Shown in pieces: positions 1 to 9,607 of a stretch of 64,000 nucleotides of DNA. The notes beneath the pieces are model-generated. The model was not told the origin of the DNA. It did not search any database and saw nothing but the letters and a program-made list of their open reading frames with translations. The stretch covers positions 1,088,001-1,152,000 of the forward strand of contig CAWBWI010000001.1 in NCBI GenBank assembly GCA_963792585.1, read 5' to 3'. The stretch comes from Candidatus Eiseniibacteriota bacterium. Its GTDB lineage: Bacteria; Eisenbacteria; RBG-16-71-46; CAIMUX01; VGJL01. Every line of letters begins with the position of its first letter. Positions within the stretch are counted from its first letter, which is position 1. A program made the position numbers and the translations under genes.

Positions 1-2
1 AC

Positions 3-458
3 CCGCGCACGGCCTACACCTACGAGGAGCTGACACAGATCATCGACGGAGGCGCGGGGCTCTACGTGGAGTATGGATTCGTTGCCGCGGCCTTCCAGAA
101 CTACCTCGGTGACGTCGCCGGCGCGTTCGTCCCGGCAACCGTCAGCCTGTTCAATCAGGGCACCGCAGAGAACGCTCAGGCGTTGTTCGACGACCCGAAC
201 AGCGGGATGGGCGAGCCCATCGAAGACTGGACGGGCACCGGCGAGGCGCGCATGCGCGTTGCCTTTGGAATCACCACGCTTCAGTTCCGGGAGGAGTGCT
301 TCTTTGGCTCGATCGTCGTGATGAGTGAGGATCCGGCTGCCGTCGGCGCGGCCGACTGCCTCGCCCTGAGCATCGTCACAAATATCCAAGGGGCCGTGCC
401 CACGCAACCGGTTTCCTGGGGCACGATCCGCTGGGCGTTCATGGGGAGGTCGCGATGA
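3..458 (+). CDS. DUF6599-like protein, 5'-truncated, with C-terminal 'VPTQPVSWGTIR' tail
   Basis: Frame 3 is open from the window edge and reads PRTAYTYEELTQIIDGGAGLYVEYGF, resembling the 'L...I(D/N)GGAxLYxxYGF' motif of DUF6599 proteins. Stop overlaps the next ATG (ATGA). Confidence 0.6.
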   Translation, partial: PRTAYTYEELTQIIDGGAGLYVEYGFVAAAFQNYLGDVAGAFVPATVSLFNQGTAENAQALFDDPNSGMGEPIEDWTGTGEARMRVAFGITTLQFREECFFGSIVVMSEDPAAVGAADCLALSIVTNIQGAVPTQPVSWGTIRWAFMGRSR

Positions 459-1879
459 GGGATCCGGGGCAGGGTCGCTTCCCTCGAGCAAGCCTGGGAG
501 ATTGGATCACGCGCAGACGCTTTCTGGGTGGGACGGTCGCGGGCGTGTCGGGTCTCGTCGCGGCGTCTCTGACTCGATCCGGTCTCGCACGAGCGGACTC
601 GCGGGCGGTCAAGATCGTTCGCACCTATCACCCCAACGCGACGACCGGCTGGACAACGGTCAACCAGGGACCGGTGGACATGATGGTTCACGCCGCCATA
701 CGGGAACTTACCGGCATCGGCGACACCGCCATGGCCTGGAGGTCTCTCTTCCCCGGCATCACCCCCGAGAAGTTCGTCAGCATCAAGATCAACCTGGCAT
801 GCGGAGACGTGCCCACACATCCCCAGATCGTCAATTCGATCATCGACGGACTTCTCATGATGAACCTCGACGGCGGCCCGATCCCCGAGAACCACATCAT
901 CGTCTGGGACAACGACAACGCCTTCTTCTGCGCCCAGACCGGATACCAGGTGAACTACGGGGGTTCCGGAGTCCAGTATTTCGGAACGGACCACGCCGGC
1001 GTCGGATTCGACATGAGTCGCGTCTTCTCGATCAGCCATCCGCACAACTCGACGACCTCCCACCACCCAAGCCGCATCATCACGCAGATGTCCGACTACA
1101 TGATCAACGTCGGCGTGATCAAAGATCACAGCGAGGCCGGCGTCACCCTCACGCTGAAGAATCACTATGGCTCGTTCGACGGGGTTGCCGTCAGCCAGAT
1201 GCACGTGAGCGGCTACTACGGGGATGGGCATAGCAGAGGGGAGCCGGAGTTGAACCGGGTCCTGCGAGATTCGCTGGGCGATAAGACAAAGCTCTGGCTG
1301 ATCGACTCCACCTTCGGCCTCTACAACGGCGGGCCGGGATACACCCCCCCGTACCACACACCCCCGAACTGGAGATACAACAGCCTGCTCGCGGGTCTGG
1401 AACCTGTCGCGATCGATCGCGTCGGCACGATGAAGATCAACGAGGAGCGGATCCGCAACGGCCTGGCGGCGCTCGACCCGAGCCATATCCGCGCGGCCGC
1501 GCAGCCGCCCTACAGCCTCGGGACCGACGACCCGCTGGATATCAACCTCGTCGAGATCGACGCCTCGCTCGCGGCCGATACGTTCGAGCCGGAACAGCTC
1601 GGCCCCGCCGGGCTGCTGGCGGCATACCCCAATCCAACTCGGGGAGCCTGCACCCTGCGGGTCGAATGCCGGGAGCTCGTCGGCGTACGGATCTCAATCG
1701 TGAGTGCGGCGGGAGCGATTGTCCGCGACGTTGCGACTACGGACCTCACGCCCGGCGTCCACCGGATCCGTTGGGACGGAAGGGATCAACGCGGCCACGC
1801 TGTGGCCGCAGGCACCTATTTCTGTCGACTCACTGCCGCTGGGGCGTCGCATAGGATCCGAATCACCGTGGTCAGTTGA
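455..1879 (+). CDS. Tat-signal DUF362-domain protein with C-terminal FlgD-Ig/T9SS-like domain
   Basis: ITRRRFLGG twin-Arg signal; VSIKINL, INVGVIKDH..GVTLTLKNHYG and EPVAID DUF362 motifs; YPNP...WDGRDQRGHAVAAGTYF C-terminal domain. Confidence 0.8.
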   Translation: MRDPGQGRFPRASLGDWITRRRFLGGTVAGVSGLVAASLTRSGLARADSRAVKIVRTYHPNATTGWTTVNQGPVDMMVHAAIRELTGIGDTAMAWRSLFPGITPEKFVSIKINLACGDVPTHPQIVNSIIDGLLMMNLDGGPIPENHIIVWDNDNAFFCAQTGYQVNYGGSGVQYFGTDHAGVGFDMSRVFSISHPHNSTTSHHPSRIITQMSDYMINVGVIKDHSEAGVTLTLKNHYGSFDGVAVSQMHVSGYYGDGHSRGEPELNRVLRDSLGDKTKLWLIDSTFGLYNGGPGYTPPYHTPPNWRYNSLLAGLEPVAIDRVGTMKINEERIRNGLAALDPSHIRAAAQPPYSLGTDDPLDINLVEIDASLAADTFEPEQLGPAGLLAAYPNPTRGACTLRVECRELVGVRISIVSAAGAIVRDVATTDLTPGVHRIRWDGRDQRGHAVAAGTYFCRLTAAGASHRIRITVVS

Positions 1880-1918
1880 GACGCGCGCCGGAGCGCGAAT
1901 TTCAGGGAGGAACAGGCA

Positions 1919-3295
1919 ATGGACCATCCGACGAAGCCCGGGCCCAAGACGCTGAGGGCGCGTGACGAATCGTTGCATCCGGGCAGGCGCGCGTTTCTCA
2001 AGGCGTCGAGCCTCGCCGCCATCGCGGCGACCGGCGTCCCGGCCATGGAATGGCTGACTCCTCTTCCCGTCCATGCGGAGGGGATTCGTGGAAACGGCAT
2101 GCCCGGACGCATCGTGATCCTCCATGAGCCGGCCATGGGCGGTCACCTCGCCATGATCAACAAGGTCCGGGTCGCGATCACGGTCCACCAAGGGATTCGG
2201 CTCCTGACCGGACAGGCCACGACCGCCGCCGCTTACGAGTCCCTGTTCCCCGGACTGACGGCGAGCTCGAAGATCGCGATCAAGGTCAACTGCATCGGAC
2301 CAACGGACACGCGGTGGGAGACGGCTCGGGCCGTTGTCGAGGGGCTCTCGATGATGCTCGGCGGGACCTACAACGTGGCCAATGTCACGGTCTACGACAA
2401 TCAGGATATCTTCGGACATGGCTACAGCACGGCTGAGTTCACATTCAACGGCCACGCAGCCATCCTCAGCTCTTCGAACAATCCGGGAAGCTACTACGTC
2501 TACCAGTCGTACCGCTTGTCGAACTACCTACTGAACGCCAACTACGTCGTCGACATCCCCGCCATCAAGAGCCACAACGACGGCAACAACCAGATCACGG
2601 TGGCACTGAAGAACCACTACGGGTCGTGCAGTCCCTCGAGCCTCTGCGGGAACATCACCGGCATGTTGACCGTCAACGCGGATGCGAACATCAAGAACAA
2701 GACCTGCCTCGTGATCACGGACGCGATCAGGGGCACGTATACGGGTGATCCGGGCCAGCCTCCACAGCTCTGGAACACATTCACGGAGCAAACGCCCAAC
2801 AGCCTCTTCTTCGGCACCGATCCGATCACCAACGATTACTGGGCGCGCGACATGATCAACGACGAGCGGCAGACGCATGGCTGGTCCGCCAAGCCGTGTC
2901 CATGGATCGAGCAGGGCTCCGGCGCTCCCTACAGCCTGGGAGTCAGCGACCCGGCGCAGATGACCGTTCTCCGGTACGAGGCATCCGATGTCGAGGAGCC
3001 GTCGGGCGCAGTTGGAGACACGACCTTCTTCGCCCCCAACGTTCCGAATCCCTTCGGCGAGTCGACGACCATCCGATTCCGGATGGGTCGGGCCGGTTCG
3101 GCGTCGCTGCAGATCGTGGCCGCCGACGGCCGGATGATTCGGGATCTTGGCCGGCGGGATCGGCCCGCGGGTTCCGCGGAGCTCTCCTGGGACCGGCGAA
3201 ACGACCACGGGCAACGCGTTGCTGCCGGGGTCTACTTCGCGAGACTCCAGACGGCGAATCGAATGCTCACCCATCGGATGGTGGTCATCGACTGA
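1919..3295 (+). CDS. Second Tat-signal DUF362-domain protein with FlgD-Ig/T9SS-like C-terminal domain
   Basis: RBS GGAGG; PGRRAFLK signal; IAIKVN and IPAIKSH..ITVALKNHYG motifs; PNPF...WDRRNDHGQRVAAGVYF tail. Confidence 0.8.
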   Translation: MDHPTKPGPKTLRARDESLHPGRRAFLKASSLAAIAATGVPAMEWLTPLPVHAEGIRGNGMPGRIVILHEPAMGGHLAMINKVRVAITVHQGIRLLTGQATTAAAYESLFPGLTASSKIAIKVNCIGPTDTRWETARAVVEGLSMMLGGTYNVANVTVYDNQDIFGHGYSTAEFTFNGHAAILSSSNNPGSYYVYQSYRLSNYLLNANYVVDIPAIKSHNDGNNQITVALKNHYGSCSPSSLCGNITGMLTVNADANIKNKTCLVITDAIRGTYTGDPGQPPQLWNTFTEQTPNSLFFGTDPITNDYWARDMINDERQTHGWSAKPCPWIEQGSGAPYSLGVSDPAQMTVLRYEASDVEEPSGAVGDTTFFAPNVPNPFGESTTIRFRMGRAGSASLQIVAADGRMIRDLGRRDRPAGSAELSWDRRNDHGQRVAAGVYFARLQTANRMLTHRMVVID

Positions 3296-3322
3296 CGGGG
3301 TCCGCGGCCGATAGACAGGGAG

Positions 3323-4498
3323 TCAGCGGACGATCACGATGCGCTGTTCGCTGCGTTCGGTTCCGACACGAACCCGGCACCAGTACGATCCGTTGGCGAC
3401 GGCTTGGCCGTGGAGGTCGCGGGCATCCCAAATGAGATCCTGCACGCCCGCCAGAACAAATTGCGGCGGGCTCCGCCAGACAATCCGCCCCCCCGCGTCC
3501 AGCACCTCGCACGTCGCGCGTACGCCCGCCTCGGGCGCTGATATCGGAATCGCGATCTCCCCGCGCGACGGATTCGGCGTGACGCGGCCGATCCGGATGC
3601 CGGGCGCGGGCGCGGCGACCCCGCTCGTGGGCCCGGCCGTGACGGCCAGCAGCACCGGCGCCTGCCCAGGGACGAGGACGGCGAGTGTCCGCGCGGGCAC
3701 CGTGGTCCACCCCTCCGGCTCGGATCCCAACGCCTGCGACGCGGCGATCCAGTACGGGGAAGGCGACAGCCCCGCCGGATAGAAGCGGACGGGATCCAGC
3801 TCATCGCCCGTCGCCTGGCGGAGGACGAAGAGGGTGTCCCCCGAGGCGAGGACGAAGTTGAGACGCGTTTGCGTCAACATCGAAAGTTCGTAGACGGCAT
3901 GGCGTAGCGCATCGGCACGCGACTCCTCGGGGTGCCGGTGGCCGTACTGCAGCAGATAGAGGAAGTAAAGTTCCGAATCGATGTAGGTGCTGTCGTAGTC
4001 GGGCGGATTGTTGAGCAGGTAGTCGGGGTCGTCCGCCGTCAGCAATGCGACCATCAGCGAGTCGCTCATCCTGCCGTTGTGGGCAAAGAGGATCCCCTCG
4101 CGCTGGAACGGATGGGGATCGGGAACCCCGCAATGGCTGATTGTGCACTTGCGTACATGGGCGATGGCGACGCGGGGCCGAATCGTCTCGAGTTCATCCA
4201 CGGCAAGGCCGAAATCGAGGATCCCGGGATGATTGGCCGGCGAGCCGCCCCGCCGCACGATCGGCCGATTGAGGGCGTGGGGCTCGGTGTCGTTGTGGAC
4301 GAAGGCGATCCCCCACCCATCGCGGTGGGTGTTACTCAGTTGTCGCAGGTTCGTCGGAGTCCCTTCGCGCAGTTGATCGACGATCATGTTCACGGGATAC
4401 CCGTCGCCCACGAGGCCCCAGAAGCGACACGCATCCGCAGGGCCGCCGGCGGCGGCAACGGCGGTGAGGAGGACGCACAGGAGGCAGGCAATCCGCAT
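3323..4498 (-). CDS. Secreted class II glutamine amidotransferase (Ntn hydrolase, EgtC/YafJ-like) with FlgD-Ig/T9SS-like C-terminal domain
   Basis: Signal peptide MRIACLLCVLLTAVAAAGGPADA, then CRFWG; DGWG, IAHVRK, PHPF, FAHNG and DSE motifs; PNPS...WDARDLHGQAVANGSYW tail. Confidence 0.8.
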   Translation of the reverse strand: MRIACLLCVLLTAVAAAGGPADACRFWGLVGDGYPVNMIVDQLREGTPTNLRQLSNTHRDGWGIAFVHNDTEPHALNRPIVRRGGSPANHPGILDFGLAVDELETIRPRVAIAHVRKCTISHCGVPDPHPFQREGILFAHNGRMSDSLMVALLTADDPDYLLNNPPDYDSTYIDSELYFLYLLQYGHRHPEESRADALRHAVYELSMLTQTRLNFVLASGDTLFVLRQATGDELDPVRFYPAGLSPSPYWIAASQALGSEPEGWTTVPARTLAVLVPGQAPVLLAVTAGPTSGVAAPAPGIRIGRVTPNPSRGEIAIPISAPEAGVRATCEVLDAGGRIVWRSPPQFVLAGVQDLIWDARDLHGQAVANGSYWCRVRVGTERSEQRIVIVR

Positions 4499-4572
4499 TC
4501 GGGTTCCCTTTCCTCGGGACTCCTGGAGTCCATCTTCGGCCGGAAGGCGCCGATGCGGGTCCATGCCCGAAC

Positions 4573-6555
4573 CTATCGAATGACGAGAATCGGCCGCGCG
4601 AGAATTCTCGTGTGCGTCTGCGCCCGGACGAAGTATACCCCCGAGGCGAGCGGGCGCGCCCCGTCATCCCGCAGATCCCACACGACTTCCGTCACACCGA
4701 GGGGAAGGGGACTCGTGGAGAGTCTGCGGACGAGCCGGCCACCCCCGTCGAGGATCTCGATGGCGCCCCCCGATTCCATGGAGAGCCGGAGATTGATGAA
4801 CGCGGTCTCGCGGCATGGGTTCGGGTGAACGCTGAGATCGTCCGCGAAAGATCTCGCGGGGCTCTCTGCGACCTCCATGACGTCCGAGCAGCTCTGCCCG
4901 AGCGCGTCGCGAACAATGTCGACGTCCGTGTCCCCAACCAGCCCCGACCCGTCGAGGTCCGCACAGAAATCGGTCGTGCCGAGTCGCGACTCGACGTAGG
5001 CGACATCGTTGTCACGAACGGCGCAGTCGCCGTCCACATCGGGCGACTTCACCCCGGCCCACCCGATCTCCGCATAGAATCCGTACTCGCACATCGCCAC
5101 CACCGAGCCCGCTTGGGAGCACCCACCACCGCGCAAGGCAAACGACGCCTCCCCCAGTGCATTGGTGTTCCGTTCGACTCGGGGATGCTCCTGGAGCGGA
5201 TCCCAGTGGATCGCGGCATCCAGGGCGGGGCTGAAATCCAACATGAGCGGGCGATTCGCGAATGGGTTGCCGTTGCAGGTATCTTCGAATCGCAAGAGGT
5301 TCGACGGAACGCCACCCGGCGCGACGATGATCGAGGGCGGCCCGGTGACCTGGGCCGACGAGCAGCCGAGGATGCTCCCCCGGCGGGACACGAGAGCGGC
5401 CATGCCACCGGCATCCTCCACCCAGAGCTGCATGAGACCCGCCGCCGGGCTGCCCTCGATGGCGCCCATCACCGCGTGCGTCAGGCCGTTCCTTGGCAGG
5501 AGATCCTCTCCCGCAGGGATACTGCAGTAGGGCCGCATCACGGTTCGATGCTCCACGGCGCCCGGCGCGACCTCATCCGACCAGGTGATGAAGTCGATGG
5601 GGTGCGGTCCACCCCACCCGCAGTAGGAAGAGCTGAATGCAAAGGCCGCCGCGCTGGGGCGGACCGACGGGACCCCGTCATCGGCGGAGATGCGCTCGAT
5701 CACGCCGCCGTAGCAGTCGACCACCCATGTCTCCGTCGACCCGCCGGGATTGGTTCCTTCGAAAGCGATGAACGGAGCGTCATCCATGGCGTCGCCGCAG
5801 CACTCCTCGGAACGAAGCGAAGGACGCCTGCAGGCGATCGGTAGATTCGTCATCCGCTGCTCCGAATCCCACGAGGAGCCGAGGAAGCCGTTTCTCAGGT
5901 AGATCTCGGGGTCTCCGTGGCGGAAATCGGCCCATGCGACCATGACTCTCGAGACAAAGGACTGAATCGATACGGACGGCTCAAGGGCAACGCCGGTGGC
6001 CGGCGAGATCGCCTCCGCGGTCCGCCACGAGCCCGAGTGGAAGGAGCGTCCCCAGATCCGCACACCCGTCTCCGAGCTGTCGGCCCAGGCCGCATAGGCG
6101 ATATCGTAACCCGCGGCGATCACAGGACCGTGTGAGGCATCGCCGGCGCAGCTGAGGCATTCCTCTTGGTTCCAGGAGGATCCGTTGAACTGTCGCGTCC
6201 AGACTTCCGGCTGCCCGCTCCGTGAGTCCTCCCACACGACGATGAGAGATGCGTCCGTGGCGTCGAGATGCGGAGCCGTCTGCAGGCCGGGGTCCGTTGT
6301 GAGCCGAACCTGGGCATTCCATCCGCCCGCGCCGCGGGAGCGGCAGTAGATATCCCCATATTTCTCGTAGACCACCCACCACTGCCCCTGCCATGAGACC
6401 ACGGAGACGCCGGTGCTCGAGGACGGGTAGGCGACGTCCTCGTCGACCATCTCCGCCGCTTGCCAGGTGAGATCGGGGATCTCGGCGCGGGAGGAAGTAC
6501 CGGCGGCAACCAGAATCGCGAAGGCTAAGAGCGCGGGGAAGAGGATGCGACCCAT
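4573..6555 (-). CDS. Secreted repeat (beta-propeller-like) protein with dockerin/EF-hand-like motifs and FlgD-Ig/T9SS-like C-terminal domain
   Basis: RBS AAGGAGG; signal peptide; repeated VVWEDSRSG/VAWADFRHG units; DVDGDC and DLDGSG Ca-binding-like loops; HPNP...WDLRDDGARPLASGVYF tail. Confidence 0.7.
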   Translation of the reverse strand: MGRILFPALLAFAILVAAGTSSRAEIPDLTWQAAEMVDEDVAYPSSSTGVSVVSWQGQWWVVYEKYGDIYCRSRGAGGWNAQVRLTTDPGLQTAPHLDATDASLIVVWEDSRSGQPEVWTRQFNGSSWNQEECLSCAGDASHGPVIAAGYDIAYAAWADSSETGVRIWGRSFHSGSWRTAEAISPATGVALEPSVSIQSFVSRVMVAWADFRHGDPEIYLRNGFLGSSWDSEQRMTNLPIACRRPSLRSEECCGDAMDDAPFIAFEGTNPGGSTETWVVDCYGGVIERISADDGVPSVRPSAAAFAFSSSYCGWGGPHPIDFITWSDEVAPGAVEHRTVMRPYCSIPAGEDLLPRNGLTHAVMGAIEGSPAAGLMQLWVEDAGGMAALVSRRGSILGCSSAQVTGPPSIIVAPGGVPSNLLRFEDTCNGNPFANRPLMLDFSPALDAAIHWDPLQEHPRVERNTNALGEASFALRGGGCSQAGSVVAMCEYGFYAEIGWAGVKSPDVDGDCAVRDNDVAYVESRLGTTDFCADLDGSGLVGDTDVDIVRDALGQSCSDVMEVAESPARSFADDLSVHPNPCRETAFINLRLSMESGGAIEILDGGGRLVRRLSTSPLPLGVTEVVWDLRDDGARPLASGVYFVRAQTHTRILARPILVIR

Positions 6556-6730
6556 CGGCCCCTCCTTGTTCGATTCACGGACATTCCTTTTGACGCGCAT
6601 CAAGATTAGCACTCCGCGGCGTCCCGGTGAATCGCTCAATCGACCGACCTCCGAGCGGAGGTCGAGGAAGACGCGAAGGGCCGGAAACGCGTTGGGAGTC
6701 CGAGGAGGAGGAGCGGCGGGCCGGCGAGCT

Positions 6731-6804
6731 TGTCCCCAACGGGATTCGAACCCGTGTTGCCACCTTGAAAGGGTGGAGTCCTAGGCCGACTAGACGATAG
6801 GGAC
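6731..6804 (-). tRNA. tRNA-Glu (TTC), CCA not encoded
   Basis: Reverse complement GTCCCTA...TGGGGAC-A acceptor stem; anticodon arm CCACC-CTTTCAA-GGTGG; T-arm ACGGG-TTCGAAT-CCCGT. Confidence 0.95.
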
Positions 6805-6862
6805 GTCCGAACGCGACACGTAGAGGGCGAGAGTAGCGGAGGCCCGCTCCCCGAGGCAAGCC

Positions 6863-8314
6863 TCAGGTGGTCGCGTTCGGCGGCGGTTCGGGCTCCGGCC
6901 CCGGATCACCCTCTGGAGCCTCCTCGACCGGCCCGGCGGAATAGAACCCGTGGGTCCGCCGTTGGTGGGCCTTCACGAGATCGGGTTCCCTCCCCTGGTC
7001 GGATGGCCTGTAGACGAGCGCCTGCTCGGGCGGAACGCCGTCGGGAAGGTAGGACTCCGCCACCCAATGACCGGAGGCCTCGTGCGGATACCGGTATCCG
7101 TGGCCGTAGCCGAGGTCGTCCATCAAACGGGTCGGGGCGTTGCGGATCCGCAGGGGCACGGGCAAAGGCCCGAGTTCACGCACCATCTGGGCCGCCCGGC
7201 CGTAGGAGGTGTAGATGGAGTTCGACTTGGGGCACATTGCGAGGTAGACGACCAGCTGGGCCAGGGCCAGATGCCCTTCGGGAGGGCCGACGAAGGTGTA
7301 GGCGGCGGTCGCGGCATTGGCGTGGTGCAGGGCCGAAGGGTCGGCGAGCCCCACGTCCTCGGAAGCGAAGCGAACGAGGCGGCGAACGATGTAGCGCGGA
7401 TCCTCCCCCGCTTCGATCATCCGCGCCAGCCAGTAGAGCGACGCGTGCGGATCGCTCCCGCGGAGGCTCTTGTGCAGGGCGGAGATCAGGTCGAAGTGGT
7501 CCTCCCGCCCGTGATGAACGGGGATCGGCCGTTCGCAGACCTTCGCCACCCAGGATGCGTCCGGTCTTCGAACGCCGTCGGCGGCGGGCGAGGTCGTCGC
7601 TGCGACCATCTCGAGGGTGTTGAGAAGTCGCCGGCCGTCGAGCCCCGCGTGCCGCAAGAGAACGGTCCAGGACGCATCATCAAGCGCCAGTGGTGTACGC
7701 CCGAGTCCCCGGTCCGGATCGTTCAATGCCCGCTCACCGAGCAGTCGCAGCTGCTCATCGTTCAAGGGGTGCAGGACGTAGACGCTGCAGCGCGAAAGGA
7801 GGGCGGGGATGACCTCGAAGGATGGGTTCTCCGTCGTCGCGCCGATCAGCACGATCCTCCCGGCCTCGACGTGCGGAAGGAATGCATCCTGCTGTGCGCG
7901 ATTGAAACGGTGGATCTCATCGACGAAGAGAACGGTTCGGAGTCCTTCCCGGTCCCAGCGCCTGCGAGCTCGATCGACAACCTCTCGGACGTCTCGGACG
8001 CCGGAGAGGACGGCGCTGAAGTGCTCCTCCGCATATCCGGGCAACTCCGAGAGCAGACCCGCGAGACTCGTCTTCCCGGCGCCCGGCGGACCCCAGAGGA
8101 TCAGAGAGGAGAGGCGGCCTCCCGCGTGGAGCTGGCGGAGCGGCGCACCGGGGCCCGTGAGGTGTTCTTGGCCGACGACCTCGTCCCAACTTCGGGGTCG
8201 CATTCGATCGGCCAGAGGGGGCGGTGGACCTGACGGGTTGGAGGCGGCGCGGCCCGCGCGGGCCGGCTCTCCGAAGAGCCCCTCACCGTCATCCTCGGTG
8301 GCTTTCTTCCCCAT
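6863..8314 (-). CDS. rarA: Replication-associated recombination protein A (AAA+ ATPase, RarA/MgsA)
   Basis: [50 protein letters not shown] and ASEDVGLAD motifs. Confidence 0.95.
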   Translation of the reverse strand: MGKKATEDDGEGLFGEPARAGRAASNPSGPPPPLADRMRPRSWDEVVGQEHLTGPGAPLRQLHAGGRLSSLILWGPPGAGKTSLAGLLSELPGYAEEHFSAVLSGVRDVREVVDRARRRWDREGLRTVLFVDEIHRFNRAQQDAFLPHVEAGRIVLIGATTENPSFEVIPALLSRCSVYVLHPLNDEQLRLLGERALNDPDRGLGRTPLALDDASWTVLLRHAGLDGRRLLNTLEMVAATTSPAADGVRRPDASWVAKVCERPIPVHHGREDHFDLISALHKSLRGSDPHASLYWLARMIEAGEDPRYIVRRLVRFASEDVGLADPSALHHANAATAAYTFVGPPEGHLALAQLVVYLAMCPKSNSIYTSYGRAAQMVRELGPLPVPLRIRNAPTRLMDDLGYGHGYRYPHEASGHWVAESYLPDGVPPEQALVYRPSDQGREPDLVKAHQRRTHGFYSAGPVEEAPEGDPGPEPEPPPNATT

Positions 8315-9284
8315 ATCCGTTCGGATGCCCTTCCATCCAGCGCCAGGCTGTCTCGATGATTGTCTCGAGCGCGGCGTGGCGCGGATTCCAGCCGAGAATC
8401 GCGCGGGCCCGATCGTGTGAGGCCACCAGGCGCGGCGGGTCCCCGGGCCTGCGCGGCGCCGCCTCCCATGGAGTCTTCATCCCGGTGACCCGATCGACGG
8501 TCTTGATCACCTCGAGGACCGAGAATCCGGAAGCGCTGCCGAGGTTCAACACGAACCTCTCCTCTTCGGAGAGTCTCTCCAGCGCGAGGATGTGGGCGTC
8601 CGCAAGGTCGAGGACGTGAACGTAGTCGCGGATGCATGTTCCATCGGGAGTGGGGTAATCGGTCCCGAAGACCCTCAGGAGTCGCCCATCCCCACGAGCG
8701 GCGGAGAGGGCGAGCGGAATCAGGTGCGTCTCGGGGGTGTGGTCCTCGCCCCGCTCCAGGCTCGCCCCTGCGGCGTTGAAATAGCGCAGGGAAGCATAGC
8801 GAACTCCATGGACGCGTCGATACCACTCGAGGATCTGCTCGCCCATGCGCTTGCTCTCGCCGTAGGGGTTCGTCGGCACGGTCGGGGCGTCCTCGGGAAT
8901 CGGCACCGTTTCCGGATCCCCATAGGTCGCCGCGGAGGAGGAGAGGAGGAGCCGCCGACAGCCGCTCCGGACGCAAGTGTCGAGCAGCGTGATGATTCCG
9001 CCGACGTTGTTCCTGAAATAGAGCCCTGGATCCTGCATCGACTCACCGACCTGGCTCGATGCGGCGAAGTGGAGGACCCCCTCCGGCCGCTCCCGGGCAA
9101 AGATCTCATCGAGCCGCGGCGAATCGAGGATCGAGGCAACGTGTAGATTCGCGCCTGCGGGCACAGCGGCCCGATGCCCCCTGCTCAAGTCATCGATAAC
9201 GGCGACTTGGTGTCCCCGGCCGACCAGGAGTTCGCAGGTAATGCTGCCAATGTACCCGGCTCCGCCGGTGACGAGAATTCGCAT
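8289..9284 (-). CDS. galE: UDP-glucose 4-epimerase
   Basis: [36 protein letters not shown] and [11 protein letters not shown] motifs. Confidence 0.93.
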   Translation of the reverse strand: MRILVTGGAGYIGSITCELLVGRGHQVAVIDDLSRGHRAAVPAGANLHVASILDSPRLDEIFARERPEGVLHFAASSQVGESMQDPGLYFRNNVGGIITLLDTCVRSGCRRLLLSSSAATYGDPETVPIPEDAPTVPTNPYGESKRMGEQILEWYRRVHGVRYASLRYFNAAGASLERGEDHTPETHLIPLALSAARGDGRLLRVFGTDYPTPDGTCIRDYVHVLDLADAHILALERLSEEERFVLNLGSASGFSVLEVIKTVDRVTGMKTPWEAAPRRPGDPPRLVASHDRARAILGWNPRHAALETIIETAWRWMEGHPNGYGEESHRG

Positions 9285-9353
9285 CCCCGACACGCTACCA
9301 GACGGATCGTTCCGTGCAAAGCGGTGACGGGATTCCAGCATAGTTTAGAGGGA

Positions 9354-9382
9354 TTGACACTACCCGGGACCTTTGCTAGCTT
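9354..9382 (+). promoter_or_regulatory. Sigma70-type promoter with extended -10, no credible downstream CDS
   Basis: TTGACA (9354-9359), 17 nt, then TGn-TAGCTT (9377-9382). The same TTGACA-17-TAGCTT architecture precedes nuoA. Confidence 0.75.
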
Positions 9383-9386
9383 GGCC

Positions 9387-9528
9387 GGCAGCGAAGAGAC
9401 GTGTTCCCTGCCCCTACGATCGTCTCCGGCGCCTAGTACCTAGATTTGAAGAAGCAGGCTATCTTTCTTCAGAGGTCAGGCGGGCCGTAGATCCGTACGC
9501 GGCGGGGAACACTTTTTGGTCTCTTGCC
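9387..9528 (+). ncRNA. Rod-like structured ncRNA, candidate 6S RNA
   Basis: Starts just after the promoter. Nested pairings: GGC..AAGAGAC/GTCTCTTGCC, GTGTTCCCTGCC/GGCGGGGAACAC, TACG/CGTA, GCCT/AGGC, ACCT/AGGT, TTGAAGAA/TTCTTCAG. Confidence 0.6.
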
Positions 9529-9553
9529 CTTCCCTGGGCAGCGGAGGAAGTAC

Positions 9554-9583
9554 GGGGGCCAGGAGTCGAACCTCTAGGCCCCC
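9554..9583 (-). terminator. GC-rich hairpin downstream of the histone-like gene (possible terminator or processing stem)
   Basis: Minus strand GGGGGCC-TAG-AGG-TTCGACT-CCT-GGCCCCC; no clear U-tract. Confidence 0.4.
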
Positions 9584-9607
9584 CTCGAAGCGGTCTTAGA
9601 CCGTCCC

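Noticed and set aside
6640..6860. Genomic island integrated at tRNA-Glu
   Set aside because: No integrase is present, and I noticed no duplicated tRNA 3' end in the window.
9387..9528. SRP (4.5S) RNA
   Set aside because: It lacks the conserved helix-8 arrangement (TCAGG...GNRA tetraloop...AGCAG in that order).
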